A DNA stretch of 63,852 bases, filler included, from Polymyxa betae A26-41 (taxonomy: Eukaryota > Protista > Endomyxa: Phytomyxea): NCBI GenBank assembly GCA_003693705.1. It is 4 parts of 4 records of this genome, joined end to end, with 100 filler letters (N's around TTAATTAATTAA, not from the genome) between each part and the next. Parts side by side here need not be neighbours in the genome. Positions count along the whole stretch, not along the records: positions 1 to 27,739 come from RBZT01000353.1; 3 more parts are not named here. The stretch is one strand, 5' to 3'. The first letter of the stretch is position 1. Each line of letters opens with the position of its first letter. The position numbers were made by a program, and so were the translations under genes. Of the stretch, positions 12,745 through 24,702 are shown in pieces. The notes below the pieces were generated by a model. That model was not told the DNA's origin. It saw nothing but the letters and a program-made list of their open reading frames with translations, and made no database searches.

Positions 12745-13641
12745 ATGACAAATTCTCGCGAAGACCAACACGATTCTCCGGATCGAAACTCCATTGAAAA
12801 AACAGCCGAGAATCCAAGGAAGAGAATGAAGCTTGACATTATTCAATCTGAAGAATACTGGTATGAAGACGGGGATGTTATTGTTGAAGTTCCCAGTAAG
12901 AAGGACGATAAACCCGGACAGCGATTTCGAGTCCATAAATTCATGCTGTCATTATCCTCCAAATTCTTCAAAAACATGCTCAAAGAGGACTCGAAATGGG
13001 CCGAAAACATAGCAGAAGATGGTGTCTGTAAAGTGAATATTGGAGACGAAGATCCGGATCGTTTCCGATTCCTTCTTGATTGGATCTATCACAAACCAAT
13101 GGAATTCGATACCTGGAATCTGGGCAGGATATTGGCATTGAGCGACCGATACATTTGTGATGGATTTCGACAGACCTGCAAGAATGCTGTTCAAGATCGA
13201 AGTTACAATTTCAATCTGCTCTCTATCGTATTCGAACATCGTCTTGATGTCGATCTTTGCAGGAAAATGGCATTATGGGCTGTTCAACAGAGAGATTTCG
13301 CTCTTCATTCCGTGTGAGAGACCAGCTCCGTATTGTTTGCTGTTTTAAAATCCTACTTTTACAGAATTGTTCATGGATATCAACCCTGGAAGATGTATCT
13401 GCTTAGGATTCATCAACTGCTGCAAGCGGTTCGTGCTACGAATTGCAAGCCCTGTCTCCGATTAACGAAAGAAGCTCTCGATAACCCAGATTGGGATGAT
13501 GAATACGATCGCGAGAAGTTCTTCGGACACGATTGTGACTATTGGGATCGTAAGTTAAACCTAAGCCAAACCTTTGAAAATGACTTCCTCGACCTCCTCG
13601 ACACGCTTGTCCCATTTCGGTTTGAGCTGTTCGATGAGTGA
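12745..13641 (+). pseudogene. BTB/POZ-domain protein with a single in-frame TGA (13315-13317)
   Basis: ORFs 12745-13317 and 13333-13641 are in the same frame. BTB motif FRVHKFMLSLSSKFFKNML. C-terminal QPWKMY...CKPC...NPDW matches the paralogs. Confidence 0.85.
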
Positions 13642-14689
13642 CAGAAAGGATTTGATTGTTTTGCCGATTATACATCAATACATGTTGAGATGGTTTGATG
13701 CCTTCGTCTGAGACATTCAAACAGTCTCTGGCTTGACTTTTTACGTCAAGGCGATCATCCAGTATTCACGAGCTTTCCAGAATTTTATCCTCTCAGATAC
13801 GATTGACTTGGTTGGGCTCGTGTATTGGAAGACAAATCCGGCAAATGAAATGGACAGGATGGGGATCAATCAGGTTTCTTCCAGTATATCCATTTCAAGT
13901 TGAGGGAAAGAATCAGCTCAATCAACTGCTGAATGAAACAAATCATTGAATTGTGCGGAGTTCTAATTGCTCTCTAAGTTAAAGAGCATCTAGAACTCCG
14001 CACAATAAGCGTGCATCCTTTTCAAAATCAGTTACATTTCAGCATTTTCGGGCAGTAACCGCATGCGGTTATCCATCAAGATGAGGTTAGAAAGGCTGAA
14101 CGAACAGGCGCTCTCATATTTGGCGTGTTGGGCGTATAAAATACAATGTTTAAATATCAGGAATAATTTATTCGTTTTTGTTATCCAAGGGAAAATATAT
14201 AAAAAGTAATAATTACGCCGCTCTCGTCCATCCTGCCCATATTGTCAGGTAGTCCAGAACTTAACACAAAATGGCTACTAATATTGCTTGCATTGTCATA
14301 CTGGAATGAGCATGATTACAATGAGCGTGAGAACATAAAAGTCCTGCCACAATTTGGAATCGAAAAACCCGTTGCCAGTTTCTTCGGGATTTGAAACAGA
14401 GACTTTACATGTATAAGAGCTAAGCATTCAGCAAAGCTTCTTTCCGAAGATGGCTGTAAATGCGACGGTGCGAGGCTACGGATGGATGTAGTTAGCCTGC
14501 AGTGGCGGTCTGTCAACGAGGCGATGGAGACAGTGAGCAGCGGATGGGCGAAGCGGCGGGTTAAGAGCGTTGGACATGGGGATGGCGTTTCGGGTATCAA
14601 CCTGTCCATGATGAAATGAGCTGCTCCGTACTGTCTTCGACTTCCGACTTAAAGAGACATCGTGCCTCAAACTTGGGTCATGGCCTTTG

Positions 14690-15004
14690 AAACAGCCTGG
14701 GCTGAACGTGCAACTTTTGTAAGCGATCTAATATGCTCGCGCTTTTGATCGCTGCTTTCTGATTTCTAATAGGAAGTTAAAACAGGATCGGCGATGGATG
14801 CTCTTTATCTATCGGTTATTTGCTATCCTCCAGACCACCCAATGCAAAGATTTCTTGGCCAAGCAGGTGTCAATCCCCAACTGGGATGGGATTTTGAGAC
14901 GTGAGTATTGTCGCGGTTGCGGCTACATGACCTTGCGATTTCCCAGTTCCCAAGATGAACTCAGACTTTTATTCCCTTTCAACCTTGACCTCATAACTGA
15001 CTGA
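14690..15004 (+). pseudogene. C-terminal remnant of a BTB-family paralog
   Basis: WMLFIYRL...TQCKDFLAKQVSIPNWDG...CRGC...LFPF resembles the C-termini of the other copies (WLLFIYQL...DPTWNG...CNSC...LFPL). Confidence 0.6.
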
Positions 15005-15863
15005 TTCTGTCACTAAAACACTGAAATTTCAAACTATATTCTAAAAAAGAAATATGCATCATAAGTAACAATGGATCTTCCACTTAATGCAAAAATGAGA
15101 AGCGACGAGCCTCTGTTGAAAAAGACAGAGTCCCTCTTTGTGTGGACGAGAGCAGCTGTTCATGAAATTAACATCACAATCATAATGAAATCGCTGGCCA
15201 TTCGAGCGATGACAGAAAGTACAGACATAACCTCTGCTTGTTGGTTGGAGGCTGATCTGCTTGATCCGTCTCTCTCGTCGGTCATGTCTCCCAAACGATG
15301 GACACAGACAATTAGAGCACAATATAAGAGTAGACTATATATATTAGGTCGCAAAACATCACGACAGGTAAACATGAACTCTCCTAGCCTTCAACAACTG
15401 ACTCGCTATCGCGATACTGGTGGCACAGGAAGACGAGTCGGACCCCAAACCATTCGCACATTCAACACTGCTCTCACAATGAAAAACTTTTGCATCTAGG
15501 ATTGTGCTGCCTCTCATTTTGTTATGAACTCATCAAACAGAAATAGATAGCAAACTGAGTGAGTGGCCTTCGCACAATTAGCGAACTTCCAAAAGTCACT
15601 CCGGGAGACATGAAGTAGTATCCAGATACTATCCAAAGTCGGAATCGTCTGAAATCGCAGAGCTTTGGATGAGATATGTCATCCGTTTCATTCGCATAGT
15701 TGCTGTCTCTCTCTCACACACAATGAGCACTGCTGTATGATCGCAAAGTCTGATAAGGACAATCTTGAGCGACATTTGCATGAAGATGGTGATGTTTCAA
15801 TGGAAGTTTTATAGAGCTGATGATAGCAGCAAATCGCAATGCTTTCGTGTCCATAAATCATTG

Positions 15864-16160
15864 TGTGATGATCACTCTAATGGAAGTCTGCAGACGGCGG
15901 TCAAGCGGAATTGAACCACACTTTTATTTCCAAAAGAATAATAAACAAGGATACATAAACAGGACAGGTCAGGACAGGACAGGACAGGGGCTGCGCGAAC
16001 GACGCTTAATAGAAGCGGCACTTGCGTACAGGACGTGCTGGACCGCTGCTGGTCAAGGCAGCTGTCTTGGAAGGAGCGGCCTCCCGGGCGGGTTGCGCCG
16101 GAGTAGCATCTTCATCCGACTTCGTCAGGTAGGGTTTTAGGGTTTTGATGTGTCACGACA
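15864..16160 (-). repeat. 3' LTR of the gypsy element
   Basis: Direct repeat of 21331-21661 with small indels. Contains (GACAG)n, AATAAA on the - strand at 15923-15928, and TAGGGTTTTAGGG. Confidence 0.95.
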
Positions 16161-18704
16161 TTGCCCTCCCCCAAAGAGGACTGTGGCTGGGAAGAGATAC
16201 GACGCCAGTAACCACGAATGACTTGTTCATCATTGAAGTTGACGCTGGGTTCCCAACTGTCTTCGGCTGCAGGTTGGCCTTTCCATCGAACCAGATTTTC
16301 GCGCTTGGTTTCCGGGCCACGATGACGAACGATGTGGTCGATAACAAAGGAGAGCGGGTCTTGCGACGGATCTTTTGAAACGAGCTTCATCTGAACCGGT
16401 ACGACAGCGCGCTGGTAGAGCTGCAGATCATGATCCAGAAGCTGGTAACTGCCGCCACGAGTATGGCGAAGGACTTTATATCTACCTTCATAGACCGGCT
16501 GGGTCTTGCTTGAACGGGTGGGGTCCACAACCATGACATACGAACCAGCAGGAAAAGGATCTTTTAAAATACGTTTCGAGCGAGCGAACATATTGATGGC
16601 ACGTGACGCGTGGCCGAGAAGACGATCTTCAACGGCCGGGAACAGGATGTCGGTCATAATTGCATTCTTTCACGAACACGAAGGTAAGCTTGCTGAAGTT
16701 CAGCTTCTGGGTACACAGGTTCATTGGAATAATCCTCCAGCAGGTTCAGAAGACGACCGAACAAAACGCTAAAGGGTGCCGATCCGTCAGTAGCAGCGAT
16801 CTTTGCATTCAAGAACATCTGTACCACAGGGACAAAGCGGTCCCATAGACGATCTTCGCCGTCGAGTAACTTATGAATGGCGCGGCATGAAGTCTGCACA
16901 AATCTTTCGGCGAGACCATTGGCTCTGGGGTGATACTTTGTGACTAACCGGTGATCGATGCCTGAGTGCTGCGTCAAATAATTCATCAGCTGGTTGACGA
17001 ATTCTGTGCCATTATCTGACTGGATGATACGAGAAAAACCAAAATCACAAAAGATAAGGAAAATAGCCTCTGCTACGGACGATGCTGACTTATCTTGCAA
17101 CGCCCGAAGTAAAACGAAGCGTATGTGAACGCAGACGACCACCAACAAGACGCTCTTGCCGGCTGTTGAGACAGGGAAGGAAAGAGCGGTGTCTATCGTC
17201 ACATGGTCCATTGGACGAGCGGCTGTTATCGAAGTCAGAGGGTGGAACCCCTGGCGTACAATCGAAAATCTTTGGCAGGGAATACTACGCTTGACAGCTT
17301 CTTCCACGTCACGTCTCATCGACGGCCATCTCTGACCTTGTTGGATAAGGTGTGCCATGGTGGCGGCGACACCGAAGTGTCCTCGCAGATGGGCAGCTTC
17401 AATGGCCTCAGATCGACGATCTTCTGGTAAAGGATCTAGCACACGCGGTTGTAATTCACCATGATGAACCGAAGCGGATGATGTCCAAGCGGATCGCTGA
17501 GGAAAAAGCCTTGAAAGCGTATCCGGTAGAATGTTCAGAATTCCCGGGCGATGAATAATTACGAAATTATAAGAGAGGATCGACTCCATCCAATTCGCCA
17601 ATAAGGGTGAAACGTCCTTTTGCGTGAACAAAAACGACAGAGCTCGATGATCTGAAAACAGTTTGAAATGACGTCCCCATAGATAAAAATGAAAAAGTTT
17701 CAGAGCAAAAACTACCGCCAGTAATTCCTTCTTCGATGCCGAATAGTTGCGCTCGGATGCATGCAACGCTCGAGCTGCGAACATAATGTACAAACGATTC
17801 TCGGTACAGTCGTCCTTTGCTTCATCGCGAAGCTGATAAAGAGCTGCGCCAATTCCGACATCGGATGCGTCAGTGCAACAGAGAAGGTGCGGTCGAAGTT
17901 CGGGAAATGCAGAAACATTCCCTATTGTAAGACGGCCTTGAGGGCTTCGAAAGCTCGGAGTCGATCTTGGGTCCACGACGATTCGTCTAGGTGCGATACT
18001 TTGCGTAAGGACTCCAGCGGTGCCGCGAGCGTCGAATAGCAGGGGATGAAATCCCTGAAATAATTAATCAGTCCCAGATACTTCTCTAGTTCATTGCCAG
18101 ATTGTGGCAGAGCTAACTTGCGACGGTCAATGGTGATGCCGGCCGCGGAGAATGTATGCCCCAGAAGGTGTAATGAGGTCTTGCAGAAGTGAGACTTCTT
18201 GATGTTGACGCGCAGGTTCACCGCCGTTAGACGATCGACGGTATCAATGAGGTCTTCCAGGTGCTCGTCATGCGAATGCGAGCCCACGGGGATATCGTCG
18301 AAAAAGGCGACAGCGCCTAGCGAACCGTCCAGCACACGCCGCATCGTCCGCTGTAGAACCGAAGACGTCGGAATGAAGCCGAAAGGCGTGCCGGCAAACA
18401 TGAGATGACGGCCTGACCAAGTGAAAGCCAACTTCGGTCGATCAGATTCGCTTACGGGCAGCTGAAGAAAGGATTGCTCGAGATCGATAGCGCTGAATAC
18501 TGACTTTCCGGCCAGGAACTGGAAAATCTCTGAGACCAGAGGAAGCGGGTAGCAGTCAGGCTTGAGAAGCCAATTGAGAGCACGGGGATCTATACAGACC
18601 CGTCCGGGTTTCTTCTCGCCTGTTTCCGGGTCTTTTTTGAGAGCCACCAATAGAGGAAGGTTCCATCTGCAGCTTCGCGGGGCATCAACGACCTTGCCGT
18701 TATC
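16112..18704 (-). pseudogene. RT-RNase H-integrase-chromodomain of the gypsy element, frameshifted
   Basis: ORF pieces 17922-18917, 16654-17976 and 16112-16657 carry the pol motifs in gypsy order. Confidence 0.9.
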
Positions 18705-18709
18705 ACTCC

Positions 18710-19159
18710 TGTCATGCCAGGCCATGACAGTAGTACAGGCATGGACACCTCCCACTGTACAGACGCAGCCTTCCGCCGCGCCACCACGACCCCACTGTAC
18801 GCCACCACCACCTGACTGTACAGGCATGGACACCTCCCACTGTACAGGCGCAGCCTCCGCCGCGCCACCACGACCCCACTGTACGCCACCACCACCTGAC
18901 TGTACAGGCGCAGTCACCGCCGCGCCACCAACTCGGTCATTCTGACCAACACCCTCCTATCGGACGGTCATCGTCTTCGTCTCCGCCGCCTCCGTTGTAT
19001 CCGTCTCACCCGTCTTCTCCGCCGTCTCTGTCGTCTCCGCCTCCTCTGACGTCTCCGTTCTCTCCGTCGCCCCCACCACCGCTGCCATCTCCGTCTCTCT
19101 CCGTCGTCCCTATCGTCTACCGCTCTACAATAAACAGAATTACTTGACCGTTCGTAACA
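18710..19159 (+). mobile_element. Solo LTR of an unrelated element, inserted in the gypsy RT
   Basis: TGTCATG...CGTAACA ends; TSD ACTCC/ACGCC (1 mismatch). Removing it restores QGWRDNGKVVDAP. It contains an internal tandem duplication, a (CGTCTC)-rich tract and AATAAA near the right end. Confidence 0.85.
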
Positions 19160-21298
19160 ACGCCACCCTTGGACTTGCTGATCTACAACGGGTTGGATGG
19201 CCTGGGCGATGGGATACTGGCGACGGTACACTGGTTCATGGTCACCTGTATTGAGCTCGAAGACAGCTTCAGGTAGCGTGCAAAGGCTATTCTTGGGGAT
19301 GGCTTGATTGCGGTCGAGAGCGGCCTGCAAGCTTGGATCGCTGATCAGAGGATTCGGAGTGCCACTATCAACATCGAATCGCGGAAGGTGAGAGTCTTCC
19401 TCGGCATCGGGCGGCAGCTGCAATGCAGCTGGCAGACAGAGACCAGTTATAGCGATCCCGAGCACGCGCTGCAAATCCCGGCCAATGATGACGGAGATCC
19501 GAGACGGCGGTTCCCCGATGTCGAACATATAGCTGAACGACTTGTCTCCATATCGGGCCGGTACAACTGCCTTGCCCGGCCGCCGCACGAACCGGCCTTT
19601 AGCGCCCAACGAGATCATTTCGCCCGGGGCTGCATCTTGGTAAGAGCTTCGCACAGAATCCGAGAATTGCTGAAAGAGAGCTTTGTCAATAGTCGAATGG
19701 GAAGCACCAGTATCCACATATCCATCAACTTCGATACCGTCGAGGAGTATAGGCGTAAAGATGGCGGTTGAGTAGTCGACGCGAGCCGTACTGGTCACGG
19801 GCAGCGACGAGCTCCGTCCACCAGTCGAGGCAGATTCGTTGCTGTGAGTGCAGGCCGACGATGAGAAGAGCTGATCATAGCCTTCGACAGTCTTGACCTC
19901 CGCGGGCCAATCAGAGCTCGGATCCATCTGATCGACGTGATGGTTGGCTGCAGCCGCGGTCGTCCGATTTTGGGCCGCTGCTGGTAGTGGATTTGGGCAG
20001 AGCGACGCTATGTGGCCCATTGCATGGCAGCGATGGCACTTAACATTGGCTAACATAGATCTGGAAGCATTCGTACCTTTTGACTGAGTCATGGAGGTTG
20101 CAGAAGTCGTGGATGAGGATGGTTGAGCTTTTGAAGACGTGTTATCAGCCGTCTTGGGAGCCAAGGCTCGGCATTCGGCGGTAGAATGGCCACCCTGACC
20201 ATAAAGTTCGCACTGCTTCTGTTCGCGGCGCTTGATTTGAGACGCTTTGGAGGATAAGGAAGTTTGGTTAGTCGCAGACGACCCCGCCTGCGGTTGGCGT
20301 GAACGAGCAGATCGTTCAGCGGAACAGTACAACATGAGCTGTGATATGATCTTTCGGACAGTGTCAACACGATCCGGAGAACTGGCCTTAATACAGTTCA
20401 ACCAGTGTACAGCCATCTTGGGAAGATGCGACGTAAACAGGGCTGTAAACTCGCCGACCTTGTCTGGCTTACGACGAGCCCGCCTCATAGCCGTTAGATA
20501 TCGGTCACCGAAGGCCAGAAGATCTTCGCCCTGATTACGATGGCATTGAACAAGAGCTTGTTCATAAAGGTGCGGCACGTCGTCATCGACGAAGTGTTGG
20601 ATGAAACTGGTGCGGATCTCCTCCCACGGAAGACCCCTCCCAACCAGGTTTTCGCTGACCCAATCTCCCTCGGCCGTATCGCAGCAGGCCGCGAGAGCTT
20701 CCGGATACATTGAAACCGGATAGTTGTCAGCTCGAAGTCGTCGAACGAACTCTGAAAATAAATCGTCGACAGCGCCAGGCTCCTGAGCACTGGGGCGCTT
20801 GAATCGTGGCAGACCCGACGGGAGCCTTGCCGAGTACGACGGCGTCGACGGCGCCGCCGTCGTCATAACGGTGACAGGCTGAGGAACGACAGGAGAAGTC
20901 GATATCGCTTGCGGTTCCGGCAAGTGGGAAAGTACGGCTTCCTGCGATGGACGTGGCCGTTTCAGAAACGCCAACGACCGTTCAGTTGCTGTAATTCGCT
21001 CTTGAGCGGCAGCGACTCGTTCAGCCAGCGCCCGAACCTGGGTGTCGAATGCAGTCTTGGCTGTTCTTGACATCGATTCCGTGTCCGTCTGGAGCAGCTC
21101 GTCTTGTTCAGCCTCCAAACTCAGCAGAGCGTCTTCTTCGCGCTCGAGACGACTCTCGATCTGGGCGATGAGTTGAGATCTGCGATGCGATCGTTCCACA
21201 GGGGCGGGTATGTCGATGCCTGCCTGATCCTGGGACCCAGATTGACGGCGTTCGTTTTCAGGCGGGGCCTGTGTGCCGTCTTCTCCCGAATTGCTCAT
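19160..21298 (-). CDS. Gag-protease-start of RT of the gypsy element
   Basis: Long open frame from ATG 21298 with coiled coil, two Zn-knuckle-like motifs and DTG protease, up to VDQQVQGW where the solo LTR interrupts it. Confidence 0.9.
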
Positions 21299-21330
21299 AG
21301 CAAGCGTGGATCGGGACTCGCTTGAAAAAA

Positions 21331-21661
21331 TGTGATGATAACTCTAATGGAAATCTGCAGACGGCGGTCAATCGGAATTGAACCACACTTTTATTTCCAA
21401 AAGAATAATAAACAAGGACACATAAACAGGACAGGTCAGGACAGGACAGGACAGGGGCTGCGCGAACGACGCTTAATAGAAGCGGCACTTGCGTACAGGA
21501 CGTGCTGGACCGCTGCTGGTCAAAGCAGCTGTCTTGGAAGGAGCGGCCTCCGGGCGGGTTGCGCCGGAGTAGCATCTTCATCTGTTTTGAGAGGCTGCGC
21601 CTCTCCGACTTCGTCAGGTAGGGTTTTAGGGATTAGGGTTTTGATGTCGTGTGTCACGACA
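21331..21661 (-). repeat. 5' LTR of the gypsy element
   Basis: TGTGATG...CACGACA. On the - strand it is followed by TTTTTTCAAGCG and then the gag ATG at 21298. Confidence 0.95.
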
Positions 21662-22177
21662 CATTGGTAACTGTACATTCACTGTTTTTCAAGAATATGT
21701 TCAAGAATGGCTCAGAGTGGGCCGAAACCCATCCTGGGCATAGTAGCCTCCAGAAGGTCATCATCAAAGACGAAAATCTCGATTTCGTCTGATTCTCGAC
21801 TAGATTTATGAAGATCGTGGTCGAGATTTCAGTGTCAATGCTTTAATGCAGATATTGATAACTTGCGATCGGTATCAGTGTCCAGGGCATCGTATCAGTT
21901 GCCAAAGTCTTGCTCAGATGCATCCCAATAGTTTTGATCTTCTCCGAGTTGTCTTTGAATCTCGTCTTCACGTAGCATTTTGCTGTAAGTTTGCCGCTTG
22001 GGCCATTCGTCAACCTAATTTTTATGAATCAATGATGTACGGGACAGCTATAGCTTCTCGGTGATACTGGAATTCTGACTATGGTCCTTAGAAATCTGAA
22101 TGGGGAATGCAAATGGTTGCTTTTTATCTATCAGCTGCGATCTATCTATCAATCAAGCGATTGCAATGGCTGTAGGG

Positions 22178-24702
22178 TACGGAATGCGAGAACCGCCATA
22201 TTGCGACACGCATTATTTTTTTTTTGCGTGTCAATTTTTTTTCGTCTGATTATCTCGTCGTCGTTGTGCTTAGCGATACACTTGCATCTGAATATCTCAC
22301 CGTCTCGGGAGACGCCATCTGCCCCTTAGCTCTCAATGCCGACACAGCAGCTCTTTGGCTTCGTCCAGCATCAACTTGAAGCTGGTCAGAGCAACGAAGA
22401 GATCGTGGAAAGCCTTAGAATACACTATAGCACAGATATCTCTATCCGAACCCTACAGCGATGGATAAAAACGCATGGATTTGATCGACCAATTTATTGT
22501 TCGGCTTTTGGGAGAAGCTCTGTGAGAACTTTAAGATTCAAACTGAAGTTTATTGATATTGTTAGGGTTTTTTGTTAAATTAAATTTTGTTTTTCTGGCT
22601 TTGATCTTTGCGTGCGTCTCTAGCCATCGCACGTTTACGGCGCTTCGATAATGGATTGTTAAGTGTGTTGTCGTAGCGAGAGGCTCAGAGCGTTTGCGTT
22701 TGCGTTTAACTGAGGAGGACTGATCCTGAATATTGGATTTCAAACTGGCAGCAATGTCAACTGTGACACCTGGCGGTCCGTCTGGCTGTCCTGGTTTCAT
22801 AATATCGTTTGCTGCGTCAATTTCATCGCTCTCAGATCCATTCCCCTTTGAGAGTGAGTCTTCCTCCTCATAACATTGCCGGGGTTGGGATAACTGATTG
22901 AATTGAATGTGAACTTCTTCCTATCAAGACGACCGACACCTTTTGTGAACTTCTGTCACATAAATATATGCAAGCAGATTAGTGTATTGCAAATCGCGTA
23001 CATCTTCGCTGCCACAAACGTTGTTCTGGTTTTGATCCGAAAAAGTGATATGAGCACTGATGGCCGGTTTGACGAGATACTCAGCAGTTGGCAGATCAGA
23101 TTGCATTGATGCTGTTGAAAGAATTTCGTAATCGATGAGGCCCCCAGGTTGCCGCATCCGAATCTGGTGTCAGGATCCTCAACTGTTACAATTTCCACAT
23201 CAGTGAACTGACCCCATATAAGACCATGCATTTCTGATTGGATCGAACATACGTTCAATGAGCAAATGCAATGGCTGTCAAACGGTCCTTTTTCATTCGT
23301 TCCCCTGTGCACAGCTCGATGGGGACGATTTCTCCGGTATTTCCAACATATTTGTCGAAGCGTCGGCTTTTGATCTGTTTCTCCACCAACCAGATCAAAC
23401 CTTTCTGCGCCATCATGCTGAGCTGTGAGCTAGTCGAATGGAGAATGTCGATCGTTTCAGGAAGAAGCTCAACAATTACACACTCGCAGAATGAAATGTG
23501 GTAATCTTTGGGAAGATTTGAATTGAATTCCTCGGAAACAGCGCTGCAGAGTGCAGCCATTTGGACGGCCCTGCAATTTAAAGCCAATCGATCATCAGGA
23601 GAATCCGTTGCGACTTTAAAAAACCACAGAGGATTGTTTGAAAACATATGGAAACAATGCATTTCTGTAAACAGTTTTGAATTGTCCATCAGATATCGAA
23701 TCCTCCATATTTGGAACATCAAAGTCTTTCAGAAAACATTCGGTCCAATGCTTAGCAACCAGATCAAATCGGTGGAGTATCGCCACTGATTGATGAGTGA
23801 CCGCCACATCGGCTTTCGCCAGATCATAAATTTCCTGGAATTTCAGAGAAGTCGTATCACCGAATGCTGGGCATGATAAAAGCGAAAATGAGAATTCGTT
23901 CCCTTTATTTGATTGCGTAATTGGAAGAAGGTTAGTGATAGTGTTTCCCTCTGTAGTATCAGCGTAGACGTCAGTTCTTGAGACATCGTTAAAGTCATTT
24001 TCTGATAAATAATGATTATCTGATGCAGATTCGTCTCTCTCTTGCCGGACAAGCCATAAACTTTTCTTGCCGCCCTTGCCAAGGTTAAAAGGAAACTCGG
24101 CAAAAGGAATCCCTTCGACGATTAAAGCACGTCAGCAGTTGCAAGCAAATAATCAGCAATCTTGTATTTTGGGTATGGAAACAGCAATTTTTGTAGGCCT
24201 ATCACTACAGTATCATACGACGAGTCTAGCATAAAGACGACATTAACCGGGGCTCCTTTAGGAAGTTTCATCGGTTTAAGGTCAACAGGGTGCATCCCGC
24301 TGGGAATGCAGTGACGATAATTTTGGACAGAGCTGGATTGATCGTCGTAGCAGGGTGTCCGAAACCTCGGCGTTTTTCTGCATCGATCTTGGAACCAGCC
24401 AGTTGTATCAGCTGTTCTTTGATCGTCTGCTGGATCAAAGATTGGCTGGAGGGGCAATCGGTCCCACACTGCCCGTCCGGCTTCCCAGATCGTAGACATT
24501 ACATCGCAATGTCGACGCCGAATTGATAAGACGTGATATGGTGCGGGGTAAAGCTCGGCGCGAGCAAAATAGCCTCCTGTAGGGTCTACTACGACGACGA
24601 AATCACCCTAACGACGACGAGATAATCAGACGATAAAAAATTAAGTGACACGCAAAAAAAAAAATAATGCGTGTCGCAATATGGTGGTTCTCGCATTCCC
24701 TA
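22178..24702. mobile_element. IS3EU-like DNA transposon with internally deleted transposase and a decayed convergent second gene
   Basis: About 90-bp TIRs (TACGGAATGCGAGAACC.../...GGTTCTCGCATTCCCTA) and 6-bp TSD GTAGGG (22172-77, 24703-08). TAY termini with a 6-bp TSD match IS3EU. + strand HTH fragment at 22336 (GQSNEEIVESLRIHYSTDISIRTLQRWIK). - strand ORF fragments from 24499 to 22531. Confidence 0.8.

Larger units (their letters stand above)
15864..21661 (-). mobile_element. Full-length Ty3/gypsy LTR retrotransposon with chromodomain (degenerate)
   Basis: TG...CA LTRs at 15864-16160 and 21331-21661; 5-bp TSD CATTG (15859-63 and 21662-66); PPT GGGGGAGGGCAA beside the 3' LTR. Gag CCHC CHRCHAMGHIASLC, protease VDTGASHS, RT (AFFDDI), RNase H (TDASDVG), integrase (SDNGTEF...NGLAER), chromodomain (LVRWKG...DSWEP). 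Confidence 0.95.

Noticed and set aside
18733-18930. Repeats that could look like a CRISPR array
   Set aside because: A simple tandem duplication inside a solo LTR, with no unique spacers and no cas genes, in a eukaryotic context.
18968-19159. Arg-rich protamine-like C-terminus of the 776-aa ORF
   Set aside because: It is read-through into the antisense (CGTCTC)-rich tract of the inserted solo LTR.
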